NCBI GenBank assembly: GCA_000002445.1
Contig: CP000071.1
Location: 2,417,191 to 2,481,190 of the forward strand
Direction: 5' to 3'
Length of the DNA: 64,000 bases
From: Trypanosoma brucei
Taxonomy: Eukaryota
Under the pieces are notes generated by a model. That model saw only the letters and a list, made by a program, of their open reading frames with translations, had not been told where the DNA came from and made no database searches. Of the stretch, positions 32,382-44,868 are shown piece by piece. Both the position numbers and the translations under genes were made by a program. Every line of letters begins with the position of its first letter. The stretch's first letter is position 1.

Positions 32382-34495
32382 CATCTAAAGAAAGTGAGGG
32401 GGGCAAAAAAGAAAAAAAGAAAAAGAGAAACAGAAACAGAAAAAAAAAGAAATTGTTAAGTGAGAGATTCGGACCATCTACTGTCTTTCTTCCTCTACCT
32501 ACTGCGTGATTTCTCGTTTTGTTTTTGGTTTTAGTTTTGCCCTCTTCCTTCTTATTTAGCTGATGTCGTGTGAGGTGTTAATTATTTGTATAATTTGTTG
32601 TTCGGAGGCCAGCAGCCGTGTGCCAGCGGCAGATAAAAAATATATTGTTGTCGATGTTCTTGAGATTTTAGGTCAACCTGTGCGGTTCTTTCCTTCTTCC
32701 TCCGCTGCTACGCATTAGTTGTTTACCTTCTGTTTTGTGTTACTTTTCGCCATTGCGGGCCGCAGTTATGACATTTCCTTCTTGGAAACTGTATATTTGA
32801 ATCATGGAAAAGGCCTATTGCTTACTGCTTCCCGCTTGTCAGTTTTTAATTTTTATATACCTTCTTGTTCAACCTTCACGTATTTGAGTATTTGCTTTAA
32901 TTTTTTTCCTTAATTTCGTCGACAACCACGGAACCCGTGCCCTATTTTGTGCAGAAGCGAATATATATGTATGCAGATACGTACAAACGTAAGCCCAAAT
33001 ATAATTAACGATGCATGTGCCATCACTTTTGTTTGGTGTTCGCAGTTCTGCTGGTACGTTGTGCTGCTGCGCACGCGTTATCTCATAAGTTGGGCGAATA
33101 TATTCGTGTAAGTGTATCGTGCTCAAATAATTAATATCATTCATATGTTTCTTCCATATGGTGCGACCGTCAGGTGCTTCAGGTTTATATGCTTGCGTTC
33201 ACATCTACATTTGCATTCACTTGTTTGCAAATCCAAACGTTTCACCCCCTTTTCTCTACGCTGTGTATCGTTACTTTGCACCAAATACACATGCCCTGGA
33301 AAAGTAAAACAAAGGAAAGCTAAGCAAGAAGTGTCTAAGCTACGTAGAGAAATATGTTGCAGTAATGAGACAATGAACAAGATGGAGCAGCAATTAAAAA
33401 TAAATCGTGCGATTGGATTTGAAGTGAGTGCCTTAACATGCACCTCTCGTTGCGTTTAGTCTGCTGTAACTGAGCCGAACGTTTGTTTATTCTTTGCAAG
33501 CGCATCGCCAGAGAGACCTCTGATCATTTGGTGGCAATTCAATCTTTCCGTCGATTTGTCCTCTGTAGCTTTTACATTTTAATAATAATGTTGCCAATAG
33601 TGATGGCAAATATAGTTCGATGACCATTACGCGTTAGTTGTAATTATTATTCACATGTGTGTTTTCTCTTTTCACCGATGGTATGTAACACTTCATTGCG
33701 TCTGAAAAGTTGTTGTGAGAAGTACGCGTAGACGCGTGGAAATTGTTGTCATATGAGTCGCTTAAAGCTATCATATGTAGATATTTAACAGGGCGTGGTG
33801 GGAGAAGCGTCACGAATCAGATCTTCAGTTCGGTTGCACCAAAACATTTGTGTGCTGGTGTTTCCGTTTTGTTTGCTCTTTATAACGGAAACTGTAGCAT
33901 CATGGAAGCTACGGAGACTCATTGCTTTTTGCTTTTTATTAATTGTTATTTATTTGTTTACTTCATTATTAACGGTACCGATGTTAAATATAATGACGTA
34001 ACAAAACACGGAGAAGGGTGGGAGGGGCTGGCGGTTGGATGAATGAATGAATGGGAAAATGTATGAGGCGATTCATATGTTATTTGAAATATGGCAATAT
34101 TGGCTTCTTCAGGTCAGTGGTTACACATTTGGGCCATCAGTGAGTCTATGCCCTTATTTTTGTTGAACTCATTGCCTTAACTAAGAAAAAAAAAAATAAC
34201 AGAGAATATTTCTTTAAGAGTTCCCTTTTATTTGTTATTGATGCATTCTGTATTTGCGCTTTTCTTTGTCTGTGCTGATTTGGCACTAAAAGTGATGATT
34301 TTTATTTCCCCTCTCTATTTCTTTCTTCACGTATACTGTTTCAAGACAAGTAACTTCTTGGAAACTCGTTTGTTAGAGAGCGAAAACGAAAACAACCCGA
34401 GAAAACAAAACGAAAAGAGACAAGCACATACCTGAACACCATTACTATTATTATTATTATTATTGGTATTGATATTATTAGAATTGAGCAAGATA

Positions 34496-35284
34496 ATGGA
34501 ATATGAGGGGTGTGCATCGGAAGTAATAAACCATTCAGCTGTTGAAGAAACCGCCATGTTGGGAGGGATTTTGGTTCAGGAGGAGGACCCCCTTTTTGCC
34601 GTGGTTTCTCGTCTTGCTGCTGGTGAGACGTTCGCACGTGAAAATTTGTGTCAGCGATGGTACCGCGGTATTACAAAATTGAAATGGGCAGAGGAATTGC
34701 AGCGGTCAGGTATTCTTCTCGTGCAAAAGAACGCCGCGGGTGGAAGCAACCCTGAGGGCAACAAGGAACAAAAGAAGGATGAAAATGATGATGCAGATGG
34801 GGAAAATGTAGAACAGGGAGAGGAGGAGTACATCAATGCAGATGAATGCGTCGCTCGGTTGAGGCGTGAGTTCAACTTTCAACGTGTGCTGAATGTCGTC
34901 ATTTATGGTGAAGATGATGAGCGCGCGGAGATTTTAAAGGAAGAACATGATAACATTTCTCAAATTGTCATGATGATGGAGGAGTGTATGGATCGCCAGT
35001 CATTGATTGAAGAGGCTCAGTCACGAGCTGCGCTTGTTCTTGAAGTAATGAAACCCCGTATTACCAGTCGCTACAGTTACGCATGGGGAGTGAAAACGTA
35101 CTCCACTTTTAAACCCGTGAAAGCAGAAATGGATCGCCTTCGTCCCGCTGACCGACACAAACCCGCATATATGCGTAGCAAACAACCGACCTGTCGTGTG
35201 CCTTTTGAACACGCTCATTATTTACCCAATGGTGAGCAAAAAATGGTAAGGGTCAGCGAACTTAATTTCGAAAAGGGGAATTAA
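34496..35284 (+). CDS. Hypothetical protein (262 aa) with an acidic middle region.
   Basis: The track start at 34463 is TTG and the first ATG is at 34496 (MEYEGCASEV...). It is preceded by a (TTA)n-rich tract. Confidence 0.45.
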   Translation: MEYEGCASEVINHSAVEETAMLGGILVQEEDPLFAVVSRLAAGETFARENLCQRWYRGITKLKWAEELQRSGILLVQKNAAGGSNPEGNKEQKKDENDDADGENVEQGEEEYINADECVARLRREFNFQRVLNVVIYGEDDERAEILKEEHDNISQIVMMMEECMDRQSLIEEAQSRAALVLEVMKPRITSRYSYAWGVKTYSTFKPVKAEMDRLRPADRHKPAYMRSKQPTCRVPFEHAHYLPNGEQKMVRVSELNFEKGN

Positions 35285-36154
35285 AGTGATATTTGAATGC
35301 TTTTGCATTTCACTATTTTTATTTTTGTTTTGTTTTGTGTTTTTTTTTTTCATTTGGTAGTCATTTCGGGCTTATGTTTATTTATTTGTAACGCCCTGCT
35401 CATTTCGTTGAGTTTACCCCCCGTTACACTGGATTGTCGTTTCCCTTCAATTTCGTTTTTCACTCTTATTCGTCGTGTAACTTTTGCTACTTTACTAATG
35501 ATTATTCTCGCTTCAGTTTGATGCTGTCCGTAAACAATGTTTGTCATTTTTGTTATTATTGTTGTTGTTATGTTTATACGTTTAGGTTGCAATGGAAAAT
35601 GCAGCAATGATACAACCGATAGCATGTGCCTTGCAGAGTTGAGTGCCAACCATTTTTCGAGGTTCAACGCCTTCCCCCCTCTTTTTGTTACTTTCTCTCC
35701 GTTAGTATTTTGTTTCTCTCTCCCTTTTTTTAAACTGCTACGAGGTTACCATCTGCAATCGTTGTATTACTACTATATATATATATACATTTAAAATGTA
35801 CAACAGCGTAGGGAAGAAAAGAGAGAGAGGAACTAAAACAACAAAAAAAATATGTAGAGTGTATCGGAATAGAAACGAAAGAAAGAAGCACAAAAAAAGA
35901 AAAAAGAAACCCGTCGCCATATAAATGATAAAAAGGCGTAAATAAACGAACAAATAATCAAAGGGATTTGTTTATGTATTTTAATTGTCCAATTGTTTTA
36001 TTTTCCATCTCACCACCTTTAGATCCTTTTTTCTTTTTCTTTTTTTCTTCTTCTATGATATTTGTTTCATTTACTGCAGGTGAGGTTTCTGTTAGTAATT
36101 GGTGATTTCAGCCAGCGACCAACTAAATCAGACCCTAAGCTGTTATTGGACCTA

Positions 36155-37570
36155 ATGAGTAATGTCCGTGGAAATATAACCCCCGCCGTTGTTTATGCTT
36201 CCAATGAGCCGAATGCTCTTAATGCCTCGGATGATGGCATTAAAAACTATGAGGCCTACGAAGACATTCAATCAAACAATTCAGAATCTAAATTTGCTCC
36301 ATTTTCCAAACTGAGCAAAAAAATTGCCGCCGTCATTCCTCCTGGAGGGATTTTTGCCAGCGCCTTTAACATCGCGGCCACGACGTTGGGCGCCGGCATC
36401 TTTGGTTTGCCGTCAACCGCCAATGGAAGCGGACTTGTGATGGGAATATTATATCTCGTCATAATTAATTGCATGACCATATATTCCATGTATAATCTCG
36501 CCCTTGCAGCCGAACGTTCTAAAGCACTCACATATGAAGGCGTTACATTTGTGGTGTTGGGGCGCTGGGCTGCATATGCCATCGCTGCTGTTCGAGCATT
36601 TGATGGCTTTACGAGTTGTATTGCCTACGTGATTTCAGTGGGAGATATTTTCTCTTCTATTTTGAAGGGAACCGATGCACCTGAGTTCTGGAAGGGAAAT
36701 ACGGGCAACCGACTTTTGACCGCGCTTCTATGGCTCTGTTGTATGCTTCCACTTGTGATACCGCGACATGTGGATTCACTTCGTCATGTTTCCACCTGTG
36801 CCGTTACTTTCATGGTGTATTTTGTCATTGTGATTGTTGTGCACTCGTGTCTAAATGGGCTTCCGGAGAATATTAAGGATGTTAGTGTTGGAAAGAGTGA
36901 TACAGCTGCTATCATTCTCTTTAATAGCGGGAATGCAGCTGTTGAAGGATTGGGAGTATTTATGTTCTCATACACGTGCCAGGACACGGCGTATGAAATA
37001 TATATGGACATGAAGGATCGCTCCGTGCGTAAGTTCGTTATTTCATCCGCTATCGCGATGTGTATGTGTACCGTGTTGTATATACTCACCGTATTTTTCG
37101 GTTACATGGACTTTGGCCGTGATGTTACCGGTTCAATTTTGCTCATGTACGATCCCGTGAATGAACCTGCGGTGATGGTTGGTATGATTGGTGTGCTTGT
37201 GAAGCTGATCGCCTCATATGCGCTGCTCGCTATGGCGTGTCGTAATGCGTTATACAGCATTGCAGGAAAGAATGCGGATGTATTGCCCTTTTGGAAACAT
37301 TGTGCCTCAGTTGTAACCTTATCTGTAGCGGCACTGGTTTTGGGTCTCTTCATCCCAAAGGTTAATACGGTTCTTGGTTTTGCTGGTTCCATTACTGGTG
37401 GCTCACTTGGTTATATTTTCCCTTCGCTACTTCTTATGTACTCGGGTGGCTTCACATGGCAACGCGTTGGGCCTTTTCATTATCTCGTAGCGTACGGGTT
37501 GTTAATTTCAGGTGTTGTCGGCGTTGTTTTTGGTACCGGTGCCACCATTTGGGGCACAATTGTTGGCTAA
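36155..37570 (+). CDS. Amino acid transporter (AAT family), divergent paralog, 471 aa.
   Basis: The track start at 36062 is TTG and the first ATG is at 36155 (MSNVRGNITP...). Motifs: IPPGGIFASAFNIAATTLGAGIFGLP and LLLMYSGGFTWQRVGPFHY. It has about 11 hydrophobic segments. Confidence 0.8.
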   Translation: MSNVRGNITPAVVYASNEPNALNASDDGIKNYEAYEDIQSNNSESKFAPFSKLSKKIAAVIPPGGIFASAFNIAATTLGAGIFGLPSTANGSGLVMGILYLVIINCMTIYSMYNLALAAERSKALTYEGVTFVVLGRWAAYAIAAVRAFDGFTSCIAYVISVGDIFSSILKGTDAPEFWKGNTGNRLLTALLWLCCMLPLVIPRHVDSLRHVSTCAVTFMVYFVIVIVVHSCLNGLPENIKDVSVGKSDTAAIILFNSGNAAVEGLGVFMFSYTCQDTAYEIYMDMKDRSVRKFVISSAIAMCMCTVLYILTVFFGYMDFGRDVTGSILLMYDPVNEPAVMVGMIGVLVKLIASYALLAMACRNALYSIAGKNADVLPFWKHCASVVTLSVAALVLGLFIPKVNTVLGFAGSITGGSLGYIFPSLLLMYSGGFTWQRVGPFHYLVAYGLLISGVVGVVFGTGATIWGTIVG

Positions 37571-39382
37571 AACTGAGCAAAGTAAAGTAAAAAATAAAGT
37601 AATGTGAGAGATCATATAGCTCTCGGTATTTTAATTGTTGTTGTTGTTGTTTTCCCCCCTTTTCTTTTCTGATTGTAATTTTTCATCTTTGACTTCCTTT
37701 TTTTTTTTTGAGTGCAATTAAGTCGAGGCAACAGTTAAAAAACAAAACAAAACGAAAAGAAGAAATGATATGCCCGTCTATTACTAAAGAAAAACAAACT
37801 AACTAAAACTTATTAAGCACAAATGAATTAACAGGAGGAGGAGGAGGAAGAAGAGATGTTGAACGACATCAGGTTGTAATGGTTGTTTCGATCCGATGCA
37901 CTTTAAAGCAAGAAAAATTTCCCCTTTTTTTAAAAAAAAAAGAAAAAAGAAACAACAATATTCTCAAAGATCAGAAGAGAGAAAAATTAAAAAAGAAGAA
38001 GCAAAAACAACAACAACAACAACAGCAACAACGAAGTGGTGAATAGAAGAAAGAAAGAAAGAAAAAAAAACTAAAACGTCTAATTATTTATTTTATTGTG
38101 AGGCATATCGACTTTATGAAATGAAAAAATTGTTTTTCACTGTCAAAGGAATTACAAGAAAAAGAAGTAGAAGACAAGCAAAACGGTTTTTAGAACGCAT
38201 TCGACACTAGGGAAAAAGGCAAAATTAGGAAAAGTTTGGTTATTAAACTTTTTTTTTTCAGTAATAAAATACAATATAATTCTATCTTATTTTTTTTTTC
38301 AATTTTTGTTTTCCTTAACCTCATTTAGCAAGTAGTTGCAGCTACCAGTGCAAATAATGCAATTTCTTTTTTTTCTTTTTCTCTTTCTCTTTTTGTATGT
38401 GCGTGTTCTTTCCTTCTTTTTTTTTCGTTTTAATTTTTTTTTTTTACTATTTCCCCACTGCGTCACGGTATTTGCCCCGCATGAGTTCCTCTTAAACACG
38501 CCTTTATTATTCATGTGAGTGCAGGAAATATAAAAAGAGGAGGAAAAGAAAAAAAAAAGAGGAGGATTTGGGGATGAGGGCGGCAGGACTTTAACGATAT
38601 TAATATATTTATTTATGGGTCACAATTTCCTCGGCACTTCAGTACTTTCAATGCAAACAATTGTGATGACTCCACACGCATTTGTGAATAATTACTCTCC
38701 ATCCTCGAACATGCGGTGCTTCATGTTGCTAAACAGAAGCCACCAAATAATTTAAAAAAAAAGTAAAGAGTAAAAAAGGGGGAAAAAGAAACATTATTTA
38801 TTTTTCAGAGTTCTCTTTTTTATTTTTCTTCTTCTTTTTAAAGCCATCATTTCACGCTGTTAAAAAGGTAAAAAAAAAATATGCACATGGCGGTCAAAGT
38901 ACGCATTCCTCCAAGACTCAAAATGGGTGAAAGGTTAGCTTGAAACTGTGAGCTGCAGCTTCCACTGATGGAAGGAACCGCTTCAAAAAAAAAAAAGAAA
39001 AAAAGGGAGACAACCGTAACATAACGAAGGTTTCCGCACTTATATATTCCGGTGTAGGTTCAAATGCAAGTTTTTTTTTTTTGTATCCAATTGAAATAAA
39101 TGATACGGTACTTTGGACCTTTTATGCCGGCTGCGGTGTAACCCTTTATTGCATTAGTGGTGCTGACGTCCTCCACTTTGCCCTACAGAGGGAATGTCGC
39201 TTTGTTTTGTTTTGTTACACTTACCACATAACCATCATCACCGTCACCACCGGTATTTTTTGCATGCTGTCACATTATTATCATTATTATTATTATTATC
39301 ATTATTATTATTATTATTTCCGTTATTCCTTTTAATTTCTTTTTGTTTTATTGGTTGTGGAATTTTACAAGGGCCTTTGAAG

Positions 39383-39407
39383 CACACAACACACACACAC
39401 ACACACA
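39383..39407. repeat. (CA)n microsatellite in the 5' region of the AAT gene at 39427. An (ATT)n tract lies just upstream at 39266-39322.
   Basis: Direct reading gives acacacacacacacacacaca. Confidence 0.9.
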
Positions 39408-39426
39408 AGGAGCGCGTGAAGGAGTG

Positions 39427-40842
39427 ATGGACAGATCTGGCAGTCAATCCGCAGCATCAGCGGCGTCGGAACTTGCTGACAGTCGGGGTTTTGTGGGGCC
39501 AATATCGGATGCCCATGACCACGGAAATACTGACGAGAAAAATACCTCAAAAGCAAAGGATTCAAATGGTTTCTTCTCGAAGGTGAGTTTATGCATCGCC
39601 ACTGTTTTACCTCCAGGCGGCATTGCGGCGAGTGCTTTCAACATGGCCTCAACAACTCTTGGCGGCGGTATTATTGGGATGCCAGCAGCAACCAACAGCA
39701 GTGGACTTGTTATGGGATTATTTTATCTCATGCTCATTTCCTCCGTAACCGTTTTTACAATGCACAACCTTTCCATTGCAGCGGAGCGCACCAACACCCA
39801 CACGTTTGAGGAGGTGACTCGTGTGCTTCTTGGCCGTGGGGCTGCATATATTCTCGCTGCTATCCGAGCATTCCTTGGGTTTAGTGCCTGTGTTGCTTTT
39901 GTTATATCTTTGGGGGATATTATGTCTTCTATTCTAAATGGCACTAATGCACCGGATTTTTGGAAAGAAAAATCAGGTAACCGCGTCTTGACGGTAATAG
40001 TTTGGGCATGTTGTATGCTTCCACTTGTGATACCGCGACATGTGGATTCACTTCGTCATGTTTCCACCTGTGCCGTTACTTTCATGGTGTATTTTGTCAT
40101 TGTGATTGTTGTGCACTCGTGTCTAAATGGGCTTCCGGAGAATATTAAGAGCGTTAGTGTTGGAAAGAGTGATACAGCTGAAATTATCCTTTTCAACACC
40201 GGAAACAAGGCAATTGAAGGATTGGGAGTATTTATGTTTGCCTTTATTTCGCAAGTTACAGCATATGAGGTCTATGTGGACATGAAGGATCGCTCCGTGC
40301 GTAAGTTTGTTATCGCAGCCACCGTAGCCAATGCACTTTGTTTTGTTTTGTACGCTCTAACGGCCTTTTTCGGTTACATGGACTTTGGCCGTGATGTTAC
40401 CGATTCAATTTTGCTCATGTACGATCCCGTGAATGAACCCGAAATGATGGTTGCAATGGTTGGCATATTGGTGAAGTTGTGTGTATCGTATGCACTGCTT
40501 GCCATGGCACTTCGCAATTCATTGTACAGCATTGTTGGAGTAACTGCGGATAAGCTGCCTTTTTGGAAGCATTGCGTTACAGTTTTGGTCTTGTCTGGTA
40601 TTATTCTCCTTTTAGGGCTATTCATCCCAAAGATCAATACAGTATTCGGTTTTGCTGGTTCCATTACTGGTGGCTCACTTGGTTTTATTTTTCCCGCGCT
40701 GCTTGTGATGTATTCGGGTGACTTCACATGGCAGAAGGTGGGTCCTGCATATTACATTGCAACTTACTTACTTTTGGCAGGCGGCGTGTTTGTCATCGTA
40801 TTTGGCACCGGTGCCACCATTTGGGGCGCTGCTGTGGGTTGA
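39427..40842 (+). CDS. Amino acid transporter (AAT family), divergent paralog, 471 aa.
   Basis: The track start at 39343 is TTG and the first ATG is at 39427 (MDRSGSQSAASAA...). Motifs: LPPGGIAASAFNMASTTLGGGIIGMP and LLVMYSGDFTWQKVGPAYY. Its central region is nucleotide-identical to the 36155 gene over a long tract. Confidence 0.8.
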   Translation: MDRSGSQSAASAASELADSRGFVGPISDAHDHGNTDEKNTSKAKDSNGFFSKVSLCIATVLPPGGIAASAFNMASTTLGGGIIGMPAATNSSGLVMGLFYLMLISSVTVFTMHNLSIAAERTNTHTFEEVTRVLLGRGAAYILAAIRAFLGFSACVAFVISLGDIMSSILNGTNAPDFWKEKSGNRVLTVIVWACCMLPLVIPRHVDSLRHVSTCAVTFMVYFVIVIVVHSCLNGLPENIKSVSVGKSDTAEIILFNTGNKAIEGLGVFMFAFISQVTAYEVYVDMKDRSVRKFVIAATVANALCFVLYALTAFFGYMDFGRDVTDSILLMYDPVNEPEMMVAMVGILVKLCVSYALLAMALRNSLYSIVGVTADKLPFWKHCVTVLVLSGIILLLGLFIPKINTVFGFAGSITGGSLGFIFPALLVMYSGDFTWQKVGPAYYIATYLLLAGGVFVIVFGTGATIWGAAVG

Positions 40843-42898
40843 GCCAAAGCCGTACGAGCAAACCGCTTTTTATTTTTATTTTTATTATTTTTATTATTAT
40901 TTTTCGATCATCCCCTCATTTGTGTTTCCTCTGCACCGCTTATTCATTTATTTTCCTTGTTTTATTTCTTCTTCTTTTCGTATTATGACGGCTCCAGTCG
41001 ATATATGCAATGCACTGTGGTGTGTATGTAAGTTTTAAATATGATATTGTGTTAATTATATATGCTCATTTATGGTTGATATAAAAGTGATTGTAGGAAA
41101 CATAATTAATAAAATGTGGTAGTTGTTCAGTTATTTTTAACAAGATACCTTCGATCGCACGTGTACGTCCCCTCCCAAAAAAAAGTAGTGTTTCAAGACG
41201 GCTTAAATTTTGTTTGTTTGTTTGTTGATCACTTCTTTGTTTTACCGTTATTATTATTATTATTATTTTCCCTCTCGCTTTGTCGCATCTTTCAGTTTGT
41301 TGTAATTTATCTTTTTTTTTCTTATTTCGTTACTTTACCTCCTCATTTTATATTGTTTACAGACATGAAAAAAAAAGATATTATGTTTCTTGTCTGCTAA
41401 TAATAATAGAAAGGGGAGGAATAAGCTGTTATCTGCAGGTCGTCCTTTTTTATAAATTTTATAAATTTTTTCTTCCACTTACCTTTTTAAAAAAAATTTT
41501 CATTTCTTTTTCTTTCTCCTTTCAGATTTATTTTCCTTTTTATTTTATTATTTAGCAAGTGAGTGCGATTGTAAAGTTTTTACAAACGTGCGCGCACGGA
41601 TGTGTGCGTCTGGGAGTCATTCCACCTCCTTTCCGTCTGTTGCAGTTATTTTACCGCTTCACTTTTAACTTTCTTCCTTTGTTTTCCTCCCTATTTTATT
41701 TTGTTATATTTTAACTCAATTTAATTGTCTTTCCTTTTTTATCTTTTTCATTTTTTTCCATTTTATTTTGTTTCGTCTTTTCCCTCTTATTTGTTGTATT
41801 TATGATTGTTACGTATAAGTACATACACACGTGCGCATTTGTCTCAATAAATATATACATATTTGTTTATTTTTATATTTGCGGGTGCGCTTGTATATAT
41901 GTACCCCTGATTTTATTTATAGATGGCAGTGAAGGAGGGGCCAACACATTTATTTGTTTTTTTTTAAATTCCTTTTTTCTTTTATTTTTCCTTTATTTTA
42001 TTTCCTTTCTCTCTAAGTGGTAACTCCCTCTTTACTGTTTTTTTTCTTTTTTCTCTTCCTCTTCTTTTAACTGACTTTAATTGGTTACTACCACGCTTCA
42101 ACTAACACAAGACTGTTTCTTTTTATTTTTTCCTTTAATTATGTCATTACCACTCACTATGAAAATATTAATATTCCTCAGTATCTTTTCACCTCATGTC
42201 ATCTCATCTCATCATTTCTTTTTTTTTTGATTTACTTCTCTTTTAAATACTTTAAAGGAAGTTGAAGAAAAGGTTAAATATGTTCACTTAACAAATGGTC
42301 GGAACTCCGCGCGTACTGGAAAAAAAAAATTCTTTAGGAAGATGATGCGTTACGACCACCGCTGTGTAGTGTTTCCACTCTTTGAGAAACTTCTTTCCTC
42401 ACTTTTTTTTTTCCTCAGAGGATATACGCTAAAGTTTAATGATATGTTGCTGTGCCCTTAAAAAAACTCCACAAGTTCTGTTGTCAGTCTTTTTTAATAA
42501 ATATAAGAATAATAATATATGAGTTAAATGAACGTATGCCACCTTCTTGTTTCTTTTTTTTTTCTTTCCCCTTTCGTTTTTGATGTCTTTAATGCCACTT
42601 AAGTTTTGCGGTGTGTTGTCACTCAGCATATGTGTACCATCCTGAAATGCTAAAATGGTGAAATGTTAACGCACGGTTGCCGCAAATGGTGGTGATGCCG
42701 CCTTTATTAATTACATGCGGGGTGATTTGTTGCAAGCGCGCACGTGAAGTTGTCTTTTTAAACATATATTTGACTTGTGGTTATTATATTTCTGCTTTAT
42801 TTCATTATATATATATATATATATATGTATATTAGCATGTGCGACACTCTTATTTTCTATTCTCCTTATACTTTTCGTCATAAGTAACAATCAATAAA

Positions 42899-44344
42899 AT
42901 GAAGAAAGAATCCGTTCCTTCCAAATCAGAAAACACAACGGACTTGCAACCGGAAGGTGTTGATATGCCCGGTGAGCCTCTTGATGTGATCGGTCGTGCC
43001 TTTTCAAATCGTCAACCCAAACATATCGGGCAGGGACTTGCGGATGCCGTCAGAAATGTTGCGGTAGGACTTGGAGTAGGAATAAGTAGTTTTATTGCAC
43101 TTCCAATTGCTGGTGGTAAACGAGAAGGTGCCACAGGTGTTGCTAAAGGAATTGGATTTGGACTTCTCGGGCTTGCAGGTGGTGCCGCTGCCGGTTTGGT
43201 GACGGGTGCCAGACAGTTGGGTCGTGGAGTTGTCAACACAAAAGCGGCTGTTGAGGAAACCATACGAAGGGAACGGTATTGGTGCAGTATAACTGGAGGT
43301 TGGATTGAAGTACGTCTAAATGAGATGTTGGCCGACATTCCCGTAACGGATGATGACATTTATTGTAAGGCACGTGAAGAATACCGTAAAGTCAGTTCGT
43401 CATCATGGGATGGCGCGGCATCTCCATCTGGAAGTGAAGGCAACGACCCCAGTGAGGAAGGTTGTGAAGGTTCATGCGGAAAGGAAGATTACTACAGTCT
43501 AATTGGTGTAGAGAGAACAGCAACAACATCTCAAATACGTGCGGCTTTCCACCGCAAGGCATTGACGTTGCATCCAGATAAAAATACGGGCGATGCGGAG
43601 GCTACTCAGCGCTTTCAGGCCATACTGGAGGCTTATAATGTGTTGAGTAATGACGCACAGCGCTCCGAATATGATGCACGCGGATCTGTAGATATCAACG
43701 CGGGAGAAGGCGGGTTAACTTCTCCAATTGAACAGTCTCTTGGCGCCACGCAATTGGAGCCTTTCATTGGTCGCGTGGAGTGGGCGGTTCATCTCACTCC
43801 ATATGTATATTTTGACAGCGAATTAAGAAAAGAGCTGAAGAAACGGAGGGTTCTGCGTTTGGCCCAAAACCTCGTGCGGTTTGTGGATGGCGACGAGTCG
43901 ACGCTCGAATCCGTGCGACCGTTAATTATCGACGCCGTTTCCACACGAGGTGGCGCGAGACTTATGCCAGTGGTGGCGCAACAATACGCCGCGGCTGCAC
44001 GGCAGCATTTGACGAGCTCTTCCCTTTTGCGCGAAGTGGACAACTTCGGTACGTCAAAATTAGCCTTTTTAGGTGGCGTGGCGGATGCAACAGTGGCATG
44101 TTTAACGACGGCGGTTAAAGCTGCGCGGAAGCGTCTGGATGGAGATGAATTCCTTGACACAGTGTTAGCGCTGTGTGAGTGCGATGTACAGAAAAATGTT
44201 TTGCGCGCGGCCCGCCTTCTTTTTTATGATTTATCAGCATCTGCTGAGCAACGCAATACGCGGGCATATAACTTGTTGAAGCTTAGCAATATGATCAAAG
44301 ATATTTGCCTGTCATGTTCCAGTGTGGTAATTGAAGCACAATAA
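42899..44344 (+). CDS. DnaJ (J-domain) protein, 481 aa. It has an N-terminal Gly-rich hydrophobic segment and a central J-domain.
   Basis: ATG at 42899. The J-domain reads DYYSLIGVERTATTSQIRAAFHRKALTLHPDKNTGDAEATQRFQAILEAYNVLSNDAQRSEYD, with the canonical HPD tripeptide. The N-terminus (GLLGLAGGAAAGLVTGA) is a glycine-zipper-like hydrophobic segment. Confidence 0.85.
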   Translation: MKKESVPSKSENTTDLQPEGVDMPGEPLDVIGRAFSNRQPKHIGQGLADAVRNVAVGLGVGISSFIALPIAGGKREGATGVAKGIGFGLLGLAGGAAAGLVTGARQLGRGVVNTKAAVEETIRRERYWCSITGGWIEVRLNEMLADIPVTDDDIYCKAREEYRKVSSSSWDGAASPSGSEGNDPSEEGCEGSCGKEDYYSLIGVERTATTSQIRAAFHRKALTLHPDKNTGDAEATQRFQAILEAYNVLSNDAQRSEYDARGSVDINAGEGGLTSPIEQSLGATQLEPFIGRVEWAVHLTPYVYFDSELRKELKKRRVLRLAQNLVRFVDGDESTLESVRPLIIDAVSTRGGARLMPVVAQQYAAAARQHLTSSSLLREVDNFGTSKLAFLGGVADATVACLTTAVKAARKRLDGDEFLDTVLALCECDVQKNVLRAARLLFYDLSASAEQRNTRAYNLLKLSNMIKDICLSCSSVVIEAQ

Positions 44345-44868
44345 TATTCCTTATGAAATCAAAAACCAAAAAAGAGTAAAAAAAAAAGAGTTCTCTACTC
44401 ACACTCATCTCATGGGTATACCTTAAGAAACACTAGTAAAGCATCTTTCGCGCTTCCATAAACGTTTTTTAAATTCCAAACTCAAACAGAGACACAGTCA
44501 CGAACGTGCATTTACACCCATAAAGGTATGCGAATACAAATGAATATTCAAATTTATTTATGTGATGTCTATCCACATCTGTGCTGTGCCACCGTTGCTA
44601 TACGGTTGTGTTGTTAAGCAGTAGGCACCTTGGGGTGGCTGCTTGAAAGTTTATGTCATATATACAAAAATTTATTTTTCTGCTTTACCGTTTGTTTCTG
44701 ACAGTGATATTCTTTTCATGGTTTCTTCCTCCATTTACTTTTTTATTCATTCTCCGTAGCCTCACCGCGCGCCTCCCCATTTTGTGTTGGGGTCTCAGTG
44801 TAGTTGGCGCTTCCGTTTTGCTTTTCGTTTTGTTTTGATAGTTTTTTTTTAATTTAAATTTTGATTAA

